A DNA stretch of 64,000 nt from Klebsormidium nitens (Eukaryota; Plantae; Klebsormidiophyceae), in assembly GCA_000708835.1 (NCBI GenBank), contig DF237180.1, positions 69,542 to 133,541 on the forward strand. Direction: 5' to 3'. Below, piece after piece: positions 48,998-60,000 of the stretch. The notes under the pieces were generated by a model. The model had not been told where the DNA came from. It was given only the letters and a program-made list of their open reading frames with translations, and made no database searches. How positions within the stretch are numbered: position 1 is the first letter of the stretch; each line of letters begins with the position of its first letter. A program made the position numbers and the translations under genes.

Positions 48998-51847
48998 GAG
49001 TCAGCATCTCTGGATCAGGACAGACTACGAAGGCCTGAGTATTATGCACTCCCGGCCAAAAACATGAGCATGGCGTCACCTGAACCCCTCATGGACCTCA
49101 ATGGGGTGCCGTCAATGTTAGAGAAGGCCCTCTGCTTTCTGGAGACAAGAGGCGCGGTGGCGGAGGGAATCCTGAGGAAGTCGGCAGATGTTGAGCAAGT
49201 GGAGTACAGGCTATCCACATATTATCAAGGTGCGAGTCATACCCCTCATACACTAATGCACTCTAGCTCTGTCGCCCTCTGAGTAATCTGGAGCCTGGTC
49301 CATAGAGGGCAAAGTTTTTCAGAGGCCCCTTGTCTGGTCCATCACTTCAATTGCATGCCATGTAGCCAGACTGTGCTCTGCTATAACAAAAGTTGAGGAG
49401 GCTGGTACTTCAAAGGCCCTCATTGATTGCCGACCCTGCTTCTTCAAGAGAGTTTCGTGACATTCTCCCTGCTTTTGTTTTCAATCCTGAGTGGTGGCTG
49501 CGCTCCGGGGACTGCACTCGCTGCTTTCAACGTTCAAATGAACGTGCTTGCGAAGCCCAAAGCGTATGGATTTTACTATCATACCTTCCTTCACTCATGT
49601 AGGGAAAGATGAATTTGGCGAGCGTGAAAACCCCCATGTGGTGGCGGACTGCATGAAACACCAGCTGCGGCGGATGGCCTTCTCGCCCGTGCCTGAAGAG
49701 TGCTGCACTGCGCTGCTCCAAGCCTACTGTAAGGTTTTACAGAAGTCACCCACTTCAGCTTTCTGTATCTGGTGGGTCTTTCAGGTTTTCGAATGTGCAG
49801 ACTCCCGCCTTGGCAGTTTCTGAGGGGTGCTGCAACGCGCTGCTCCGAGCCTACTGTAAGGTCCAAAGGAGCTCGACCCTTTCTTGGTTTTTGGAACCCA
49901 GTGGGGTACATAGGAGTTTAAGGTCATCAGATCTCCCTCCTATCAGTGCGCAAGGAGTGCTGCAGACTGCTGCTCGGTGACTACTAGGTTATTGCAATGG
50001 ACCCAGTTGCTAAGCAAACTTGTTCAGGGTTACTAAGTTCTTTGGTGGTCTAGGACTTTCGAATCTATGAAGCTGGTGGATTCTCCAAGATCCCGCTCTC
50101 CGAACTGCCTGAGCTCAGATGCGCGGTAAGACCGAGGGCCTTATGTATTGATCAACTCCATTGAGCAGTTTCCACAGTGTTCAAATATCTGAAGGGTGAA
50201 GCTGGAGATAAATTAATTTCCTGTTGAGAATTTTGATCTGCCGTCCAACCCAACATTAAAATGTCAAAACATGCTTCCCAAAGTTTCTGATACTTACTGT
50301 GTTGTGACCGACATCTCACGGTGACTGCTAGTCGATGCATCTGACACTGGCTTGCCGCTCAAAAGAAGTTGGATCTGGTAGCCCTACATGCATCGATCCC
50401 ACAGAAACCCCGTTGAAGAGTATCTCGAGATTTGATGCTTAAGGGAGCAGCGTCTTAGCATCTTTGTCTGCTTGCTAGGGTGTAGGAATTCGCGTGCCGC
50501 GTCTGCAAAATCAAATGCGCACTACAGGTGTGAAGATGTTCAGAGATTTGATGGACGGCTCGTCGCTTGTTGATGCAGTTGCGTCGCCAGCTGGCACGGA
50601 GGCCGAGGCTCTGCACACAGCAGTGGTGGAGACATGCCCAGAGGAAAACAGGAGACTTATGCACAGGCACGTGACCCCCCGCTCTTATTCTCCATGCTTT
50701 GCCTTCGATTGTTGGCTTGGATAATACTTTGCCGAAGGATGTGGTGCATTCGTTTCTAAAGGAAATTGAAACTGCTTGGAATAGGGAGAAGGTCGTGCTT
50801 TGTTGGCTGAGATGTTCCGCAAACCTTCAAAAGGCCAGCTGCAGATTTGTTTTCAGGGAGAGGCCATAGGGCACTTTTTTCCAAAAAGACTTTCCATTGC
50901 GACAAACGTACTGGAGTAGAACTGGGATCTGGCGGCTTTCTCCGAGCAGCGCTTGTTTCCGCGAATTGCGATGTCCTGGCAAAGACCCTCTGAATCGTAG
51001 ACTGTCGGGTCGTGCTATTGGGAATCGTGTTGGAGATTTAAAGCGTACAGCTGCGGTTCCTCAGCTTGTTGGTCCACTTCAAGTAGAGAAGCAGCCCCGA
51101 TTCCAAGGAAGGCGTGAATCATTCAGTGAAGGCGTTTGCGGTCACTTCTCAGATCCCGTCCAGTATCATCCGAAACTTCGAAATCAGTCCGGATGTCTAA
51201 GACACATAGACCAACTTTGAACCCGCATCGACATCCGTTTTGACTGTATGAACGCTGTGCACGCTGCATACGTCGGCCGATGACCTGGCTTTTCAGTCCG
51301 ATGTTATCCGAGATCCTTTGATCCCCTGAAACTCTCCTTTAAAGTTCCAATCAATTTATAAGAACCTCCAGATCGACCACACACACCCGTCACCCGTGTC
51401 CGGTTCCGCAGCGTCCAAGAGCAAGCTCACTGTGTAGACCCGACTGTCCAAACTGTCCGGTTTGCTGAAGCCGTCCACACCGTCCGCAGGATCCTGCACA
51501 CCCTGCACGTGGTGTCGTGCCACGTGGCGGCCAACAGCATGTCCACGGACGCCGTCGCGCGGTGCATGGCGCCTCTCTTACTGCGGCCGCTGTTCCTGGG
51601 GGAGATCTTCCCGGGCGCGAACGAGAGCGGCTCCTTTTCCGGCAGCCGCCACGGCAGCAGCGGCTCCTTTTCCGGCAGCCGGCACGGCAGGAGCGGCTCG
51701 TTTTCCGGCAGCCGTCACGGCGAGGGCAGCGGCTCATTTTCCGGCAGCCGGCACGGGGAGAACAACATCGTGAGCGCCATGAGCGCGGCCAGCTCGGCGG
51801 TGGACCTGACGGTGGCGCTGATAAACGCGCACGACACCGTTTTCGAG
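48998..51847 (+). other. RhoGAP domain portion (4 exons), arginine finger intact
   Basis: EGILR Arg finger, K in DCMKHQLR and the N-x-M motif; close to the plant REN/PHGAP consensus (SADVEEV, CCxALL, PExNRRL, CMAPLLLRPL). Confidence 0.92.
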
Positions 51848-54800
51848 GTAACGAATTAGGTAGAATTAGGTCTGTTTCTCCATTCTCGAATCTGCGGTCC
51901 ACGATCTCGTTCTACCTTTTCCTTTTTGTGTGCTCAGTTCCAATCGTCTTTTCAATCCAGCGAGCGGTGGATCTAAATACCGGCGCTGACCAAGCTGACG
52001 TGCGATGCTGTTTTTGGTGACGGGTGGTGTCCCCTGGTTGTTCCATTTTGTGGTTCCTGCGCGCTCTGAAGAATATCACTTCGACGGTGGGCCCCTTTTG
52101 TGGCGGTTATCAGGGCGCATGACACCGTGCTCGAAGTGGATTCTTTTGTGCTTCTGATCTTTGTTGCTCTGAATCTGCATTGTGAGTTTACGATAGTGCT
52201 TTTGTGATAGTCAGTACGATCAGCGCCACCAGCTCGGCGTTCCGACTTTAGGGGGGCGCTCGACAGAGCGTTCGACGCCTGATCTTGGATTGCTTCCTCT
52301 CATTCCTTCAGAAATTCCTTCAATACGGCTTTGTGCATGAAACATGCAAATCAAGCTCTCGCTCCAAGCCGAAACGCCTTCGCAGGCTGCCGCACATTCC
52401 GTCTCATGTTCAATGGAATCTAGCAGATAACGGTTGTGTCATCCTAGGGCACTTGTTACACGGTTTCCGCCCTGGCTTGTCGCCCCACATGACCCTTTTC
52501 GTTACTGCCCACAAGATATTGGGGCAACAAAAAAGTACAAAACGATGGTCTCGAGATCGGTCCTGAAGCTGCGTGGCTGGACGTAACTTTCAACATGGTG
52601 GATCTGTGGCTCTACAGCTTGTGTACTTCCTATTTAAGCGGAAGTATTGATTAGAAATGACAGTATGTTGTCCTAAAGAAGCGTGGGATAAGCCACGGAA
52701 GTGGCCCGACTTTTAACAAGTCTGATCGCAGATTGTCTGTTTATCCCCGCTCTGCAGTCGGTCCAGCTGTCCCCGTTCGAGCAGCAGCTGGTGCAGAAGA
52801 CGTGGAAGCTTCTGCAACCCCGGTTAGCGGATCTGGGGCAAGCCGTCTTCACACAGTAAGGCCACCGGCATGTGTTCCAAACGGGGTTAAGGAGAACCCG
52901 TCAGAGGTCAATCCTGGCAGATTAGCTTGCGGAGGTCAGACGTACCAAGGTTTGAGCAAGAGAAGATGGCAAAGCCAGTGTGCTCCAAGCAGTCAATAAA
53001 TTGTGGTTTTTATTTCGTCGATCCTACGCGCTTTATCTGCTCGCCGCTTTTCCTTTGTGGCTTTGCTTCCTAGGCCTGATAAGCTGCAATTCACCAATTG
53101 CAAGCACTGGTAAAATCCAGGCGCCCGTTCTGGTGCTTCTCCACTTCGAAAGGGCCAACCTTCAACCTCGTCCGGTTTGGCAGTATTGTGCCTGTCTGCA
53201 TTTCCTGAAGACAATTTGTCGGCCTTCGCCTCGCAGTCTGTTCCAGAAGGCGCCCAAAACCCGCCCGCTGTACACGTGTCCGCTCCGGCTGGCGGACGGC
53301 GACCGCCGGACGCCGGACGGGCACGCCATCCCGACGCACGCGGTCGAGATCGTGTCCACCGTTAGTTGCTAGACCCTGTTGCTTCATTTTCCAGAACAAA
53401 TGAGTGTTTGCGGAGGAACATGTTGCGAACATGGGCGCGGCTGTTTGAATGCATGCGGTCAAGACTGTTGCCACCGCGAGTTACTGAACACCTAGACCGA
53501 AAGGGTTCAGTGAGATGTGGGCTTCCAACACGGGCTGGCCGCTGGTAACGTTAACCGTGTCCACGCTGAGTCTCTGGACATCAGGTATGGCCTTTTTAGA
53601 ATAGTATGGAGTCCTTCGCGAAGAAAAGGAGAGTGGGTCCCCGCTCACGGCTTCAACCGTGATCGGTACTGCCTTCCATCGAAGACCATTGCTTTTGCAT
53701 CTGCGGTGTCCAAAGTTTGCAAAGAAGAAAGAACGTTTGAAGGAAGGGGCACCTCATTGTGACGCACGCGGATGCGATTCTGTCACCACCGTGGGCCGTT
53801 GCTTCGCTCGTTGAGTTCAGGAGTACGTTAGCGCCCGCTGTGCTGCTCCTTCTCATTCCAGTGAAAGCGCGACATCAGGCTTCGTTCCTTTTTCTCAAAT
53901 TGGTATTACTTGGCGCCTTAGTAACGTCGAACGAGCAGGTTCTGATGTTCTTTCCGTCAACACGGTCGGAGTCTCTTGACGAGAATCCGAGTCCTTCTTT
54001 GTGGCTAGAAAACACCAAGATCGACAACAGCCAATCCCCTTGTTATGCGGGGAGACCGAACAGTAGCTCCTCAGGGTACTCAAACAGCTAGCTAGCAAGT
54101 GTCAGGTCAAACACCTGAGACCATACAAGCAAACCGGAGCAGCAATGCCTACAGACGCCCCGACCAGCTTCCACAACCGGGTGCGAACCAGCTTCTTAAC
54201 CCGTTGCAAACCCCTTTCCCGCCGCAGATCGGCCTGGCGGCGTGCCGCATCGGCAGCTCCTCTCGGATCCTGGCCGTCCTCGAGAGGCTGGGCCAGCGCC
54301 ACGTGGCGTACGGAGCTGCTCCGGACATGTTCAGCGTCTTCAAGGAGGCGTTCCTCGTCGCCTTGAAGAAAACTCTAGGTGAAGCGGCGAAACTTGCTGA
54401 CGTGGCGGCGGCGCCATCTCGAGTGCACAAATGCGCAGTTTCTGCCGCTTCTGTTATTTTGTGGGCGCCACAGGTGTAGGCCGAATGTAGAAGCGGTTGA
54501 TCCGCATAGACTAAAGGACGGAGAAGAATCTGCGCGTGATTCACGTGACCTCCAGACAGATTGTGGAAAAATTCTCCGAGAGGCCGCCGGCGAACCGGCC
54601 CCGTGGGCGGCCAAATCGCGGAGGCTCCCCTCTGATGGTCGCTCAGAAAGGGCACAAGCGGTTGAGGTCGCAGCGACACTCATTCGCCAGTCAAGTTGTC
54701 TATGACGCCTGCGTTTCACCGCGGGCAACCGTGGGCAGTGATCTCTTCTAAGGAACGAGTTTCAGAAGTAGGGTCACCAAATAGCGGACACGCGATCCGC

Positions 54801-55204
54801 TTCTCAAGCCCGAGTACCTACCTCGAAAGAGCACGCGAAAACCAGCAGTTTCACTCGGGTCGTCTTTCTGCGGTCGAGCAGCCGGCCGTTCTATCTTGAT
54901 TTTGCCGCTCTACTTTTTCTTTCTAGACCTGTCGCAATCTGGAGGCAGTGTTCAGCTGCATCTTGCCACTGTCAGCATCACGGCAGAAAGCTCGAGAACC
55001 CTCTCATCCTTCATGAGACTGCGACATACAAGAGACTTGAACCGACGCTGTGGTCTGAAGCACTTGCACCCGATCTGTTCTGCAGGGGGAGAGCACTTCA
55101 CGGCGCAAGTCCACAAGGCTTGGTCCAAAGCCCTAGACTCCGTTGTTGCCCACTTGAAGAAGGGCCTTAAAAGGGGCATCGCCAGCACGAGGGCTAGTTC
55201 TTGA
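48998..55204 (+). CDS. RhoGAP (REN/PHGAP-type)-globin fusion protein; at least 8 exons and 466 aa, 5' end unresolved
   Basis: Exons 48998-49229, 49603-49733, 50479-50666 (GC donor), 51490-51847, 52758-52855, 53237-53360, 54228-54378, 55086-55204 total 1401 nt, open to the stop. GAP: VPSMLEKALCFLETRGAVAEGILRKSADVEQVE, PHVVADCMKHQLRRM, CPEENRRLMHRILHTL, NSMSTDAVARCMAPLLLRPL. Globin: LSPFEQQLVQKTWKLL...VFTHLFQKAP...IPTHAVEIV...LERLGQRHVAYG...FTAQVHKAWSKAL. Confidence 0.8.
51627..51759 (+). repeat. Coding tandem repeat, 4 x SGSFSGSRHG, within the last RhoGAP exon
   Basis: AGCGGCTCNTTTTCCGGCAGCCGNCACGG occurs four times, separated by 1-2 codons. Confidence 0.95.
52758..55204 (+). other. 3-over-3 globin domain portion (4 exons)
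   Basis: A-helix W (KTWK), B10 Phe, C2 Pro, distal E7 His, proximal F8 His (GQRHVAYG), H-helix AW; introns at B12.2 and E15.0. Confidence 0.93.
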
Positions 55205-57077
55205 CCACATACCGGTTTGCGTCAAACCTGAAAGCGGCGACTTTGCGCCCTGGTCCGACTAACACTACATTAATCACCTATCAATCTCCAAGTAACCCGT
55301 CGATTCAAGTGTGAAACGGTTATAAGCACCGGTACCAGGTTAAACGCAAACCTGAGTACTTTTACCCGCACTAACCGAAACCCTTGCTTGGAGGACCTTT
55401 GACCATTATTCGACTATTCGGAACGAGTGGTGATGGAGACCACATTTGAGAATGATCGGTGCTTCGTAATTGTCTTGAGGCCAGGAAGGGGGGGGGGGGA
55501 TATTAAGTATCAGGTTGGAACATTTCCAAAGCATAGGAGTCAGCTGTTATAAGGTAACGCTTTGCTTCCTATTATGAGCGCTAGCTAGCGACTGCAGGAA
55601 GTATACGTTGACGATAATCAGATTACCCGTTCGCAAAAGTGTTAGACTACCCTTGTGATGAGGATTGATAAATTGCTAACGACCTTTTTAAATTCAAACG
55701 TTGGGTCAAACATTAACCAATTGGACAGGCGTGACGGTCAAGTATATGGCCGTTCGCATAGGTAGCAAGTAATGTCGCAAGAGGCACAGCAAGGTCGGTG
55801 GTGTTGTCAAATAAGGCCTTCAAACATTCATATAGGATCTGACACGAACAAATCCATCGACATTACGATGGGCGGCCGATCGACTTCCTCTAGGTAACTT
55901 AAAGCTAGGTGGCACCTGTGTCCTAATTCTTGAACCCTTGCAGATCAGCACTGAGCATTTAATTTACAGCTAGCTAATCATGCGCTGAGATAGATCAGGG
56001 TCCAAGTGAATCATGGAGGCTTCAAGTGTGTCGGTGACCTTCGATATCGAGTATGGCGTGTCGACCAGATCCGACACAAGCTGCCATAAGTCGAGGCCGG
56101 ACTGTATCGCGGGATCTTTGGAGCATTCAGCAAATTTACATGACCAAAGCGGGATCGAAAAAAGGATGATGCATATGTCATGCATGGTCTTGTCTAAGTA
56201 CGACATGACACTTAGTAGCCAGATGGCAAGCTCGGGGCTAAACCGTGGCGGCAACGCCGGCTATCATTGCTTCAACGGGGGATCACGTTCCATGATAGCT
56301 ATATCGTTGTGAACATCTACTGCTGCCTCCTGCTGCCTTTATAAAAGCCTAATTGCTTTCGAGGATGCACAGGATGAGTCGAGGCATTCCTCATGCAGCT
56401 TGGATCCACTCGACGCCTATCCTAACTTCTACTCTATTTTTTGCAACATTCATGATGTAAATTGCTTAAAGCGCTTGTGCCTATACCAGTAAGTAACCTT
56501 GCTTGGTTGAGGATGTATCTATAGGTGGAGCTCTGATTGACTGTAGTCAGCTGGGCTCAAACCTGCATGCAGGTATAGTACCATGGAGGGTCGTCGGAAC
56601 AAAAAGCGTTCGTCCACACCGTCATGATTATGTATAGCCGGCCTATCATTACGCTCGACTCGGATTCACCTCGAGCTTATCGAGCTAGCAAGATATCGAC
56701 ACAAGCGCGCTAGATAGATTCAAAAAAATCAAAGTTCGACTTGCTGGATTTTTAAGTCCGCGCGCATGCTGTTTTGATCATATGAGCAACACGTCGGCTG
56801 CAAAGCTAGGCGGCCTGCTAAATCCTGTCGGGTAATGTACCGTGTACTATGTCGACTCTTGCTTAGTAAGTAGCCAGCCTGCTCTCAAGCAGACGTACGT
56901 TATCTGATAGTGCATGATGTACGATTCCGGATTTGTCACACAACAATAGCATATTAGCATGCTTCCTAGATGCTGGCGCCCTAGGCCGGCTAAGTTATAT
57001 TTCTAGTAAGCCAATGTACTTATAGTAAACGATGGCACTGAATCGCATTGCCTTAAGAAATGAAGGTGATCGGAGAT

Positions 57078-60000
57078 TCATGTCCGCTCTTCCTCCATCC
57101 CCTCCTCTCCTTCGTCCCCATCCTGTTCTACCTCTTCCAGGCTTGTGCTCGCCACTTGCTCGCTAGCCTGGTTCGTGTTTACCACACTGATGACGTCATC
57201 AAAGCCTTTATCTAGGGCTTCGTCTACAGGTGTGCGATCGACTCTGCAAGAGGGCGGAGCGTTTTGTGTCAGACCGTTCAGAGAAGGAAAGAGACCAAAA
57301 AAAGAAACCACAGAGGTGGCAGGAAACCTGGCTGCTTCCATCTTGCTGAAGACAGGACTCGAGAGTACAAGCGAGGGTTCCGAAAGGATAGCAATGAACA
57401 GCGGACGTCAAGCCAGCTCTGTTAATGGTCGTGCTGTCTGCCAGACGCTAACCGGCTTTTGCAGAGATTGATGACGTCAGCAGCAGAAGTTTGCCCCACC
57501 AACGAGAACAGCGTAGATCGTAAATCTACTTGATCGTAAGACTCGCTTATGAAGGGAGTCGAGTAGACCACCACGAGATGGTGAGATGTGGCTGCATAAG
57601 ATATTTCAGATTTCATGCCATCTAAGTAAAAACAAAAACAGCATGATCCTCTTAATCTGAGCATCGATTTCAACAAATCGCCTCTCCAATAAAGACAACC
57701 TTTGAAAAGATGGCTTTGGAATGGTGTTCAAAAGTCCAAATTCAGGCGTAAAACTTTCAAACCCACAGAGATACAAAAACTGAGGGTCGGCCGTTGGGCG
57801 CTTTCGCATGACGAAGAAGGGCGCGGGCAGAAAAGAGCGCTCTTAAAATAAAGTGATAATAAGAAGAAAGCAATGTTACAACCCGAGAGGGTTGGGGTTA
57901 CGTTAGGTACTGTGGTGAGTTACGGGGTACATGATACTGGGTTTCAAACAGTGTCTTTTGATTTCTAGAGTGATCTTTGCAAAACCGGAGGAGTCCAAAA
58001 GTCGTGGGTGTCTCTCACTTGTTCAGCGCGCCAGGGTTGGCGCCGGCCTCCAGCAGCCGCTTCACGACCTGAACGGAGCATCTTTAGATTGGACCTTTGA
58101 AATTGCAACTTCTCAAAAAGAAAAGCAGCATCAATCTGGCCGGGGAATAAGCAACTTATCAGGCGCCGGGATCAATACTGGGTCTGCTTGGAATTGCCAC
58201 TCAATAATGTAACAGCCTATCTCCAAGAGGAAACGAGCCCGGCGCGCATCAGGCCGTTTTACAGCGGCGTGCATCAGGTTCGACCTGTATTGGTCTTCAG
58301 GTAGGCCAGGTCAAATGCTGGATTTTTCTCAACCCGGTTGCGTCTTGCGTACTCTGCTGTTTTAATGTTATCTGCTTGCCTAGAGCCCTTCTTTGATGAC
58401 AGAAGGCCTTTGTCTTGACCGAAACTTTCAAAGTAAGACAAAGACCCGCCTCGCCGTCGCGCCGTCTATCTAGCTCGCTGACTTCTTCTCCCCAACTCAG
58501 CAAATCGCCTTCGATCGGTCGACAATAAATAATGAGGGTTGTTTACTTGAGGGCAAGCGGCCAACTTTCACCCGTTTGCAACAGCGAACAGCTTTCAGAT
58601 TGGTGTGTACTGTCAAAACCGGCCCAAGCGGGTCCAAACCTGCTTAATCAAAATACTTCTTCACAACCTGTCTCTTAAACCCGCAAGCGTTGGCCTACCT
58701 GCAGATGGTGATTGAGCGCAGCCCAGTGCAGCGGAGTGTTCCCTTCTTGATTGGCCGCATTCACATTCTGCATTATGATTCAGGCACGGGTCAGACTGGT
58801 AGCGATGTAAAGAGGCCCCGGTTTCTGATCTCAGCCGTCGAAGCCTTCCTTGCATAGGCCTTGGTCTAAGTATGTGGCCAGCAAACAAGCAAGCCGTTTT
58901 TAGGTTCTTCGTCTTTCAAGATCTCTCGGGACTCCATATCACGTTACAGAGAGGGAGCATTAAGGGACGGGCTGAGGATTCCTGTCGATATGCAAACGAA
59001 GCCAGAATCCAGGCAGATTCACGTAAAGGGATTTGTTGTTCTCTTTCTTGTAATACCAAAGCGCTCTCTTTTAAACAGATTGGGACTCGAGCGGGTGAGA
59101 ACTTACGGCGCCTTTCTCAAGCAGAAGTTGGACTACGTTTTCGTGGCCATTGGCTGCAGCCATGTGAAGAGCTGGAAAAGAGAACTGGAGTCAGAGACGT
59201 GCCCAATCGCTTATAAGACTCATTTCTGATCTCAGTTGACTGTTGTCTTTGTTTCGTGACATCGCAGCGCCCCGGGTGCAAGCACCTGGACATACAAACA
59301 ATCCACTCCTTTCAGAGCCCGGCTTTACAGAAAACCAGCTGCCAACTGATCACAAGAAACTACTATACTATTCTGCAAGATTGCTCCACCTACTGCATCC
59401 TTGGATCAACTGAGGCAGCCTGGTTGACTATGGGGTTCTGACCACCCCGGGCTGCCGATTCTGTTGTTGTCATCACCAAGTTTTCTGCTTGTGTCGTCCT
59501 CTCAGCATTGTGCCTGATTCTCTCCTTCTTTCTTCTTTCACACCATGTGTCCCCAACCTCATCCTCATTGAAAAGCTACAGTGAATTTAAAGACCTCGTC
59601 GATGCGCCTGGAATACTACTAAAAGAAGCGGAGTCAAAGAAACTGCATCCTCTGACTCCAGGACGCGAAGCGCTGTTGGAAACTGATGAAGCGGTGACTT
59701 TAATGTCTACCACCATATTTGGGCCTGGTCGAAAACAGTGGACTTACTCACTTCTCAACCCTCAGTTATTTACCACTTCTGGGTCCCAAGATCATCAATC
59801 CCCCTTGACCTCCCTCTGACAAAGAAACAACTAAGAAAGAGAAGATGAGACAGGACATGCCAGCTTTGACGTACTAAAGCCAGCTTACCTGTCCTTCCGC
59901 TGGAGTCTGCTGCGCTGGCATCGACACCAGAATCTAAGGTTGCCTGAACATCTTCTACGTCCCCATACCGTGCACTCTGCGATCGCAAATTAAGTGGGTC

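Noticed and set aside
51848-51859. Read-through stop (GTA ACG AAT TAG) that would end a stand-alone RhoGAP
   Set aside because: Not preferred, because GAG|GTAACG is a good donor in phase with the ATG-less globin exon. Kept as the refuting alternative for the fusion.
55210-57070. 1.9-kb region between convergent genes with short ORFs (55970-56254, 56013-56312) and a poly-G tract
   Set aside because: No motifs, splice chain or terminal repeats; treated as 3' UTR/intergenic.
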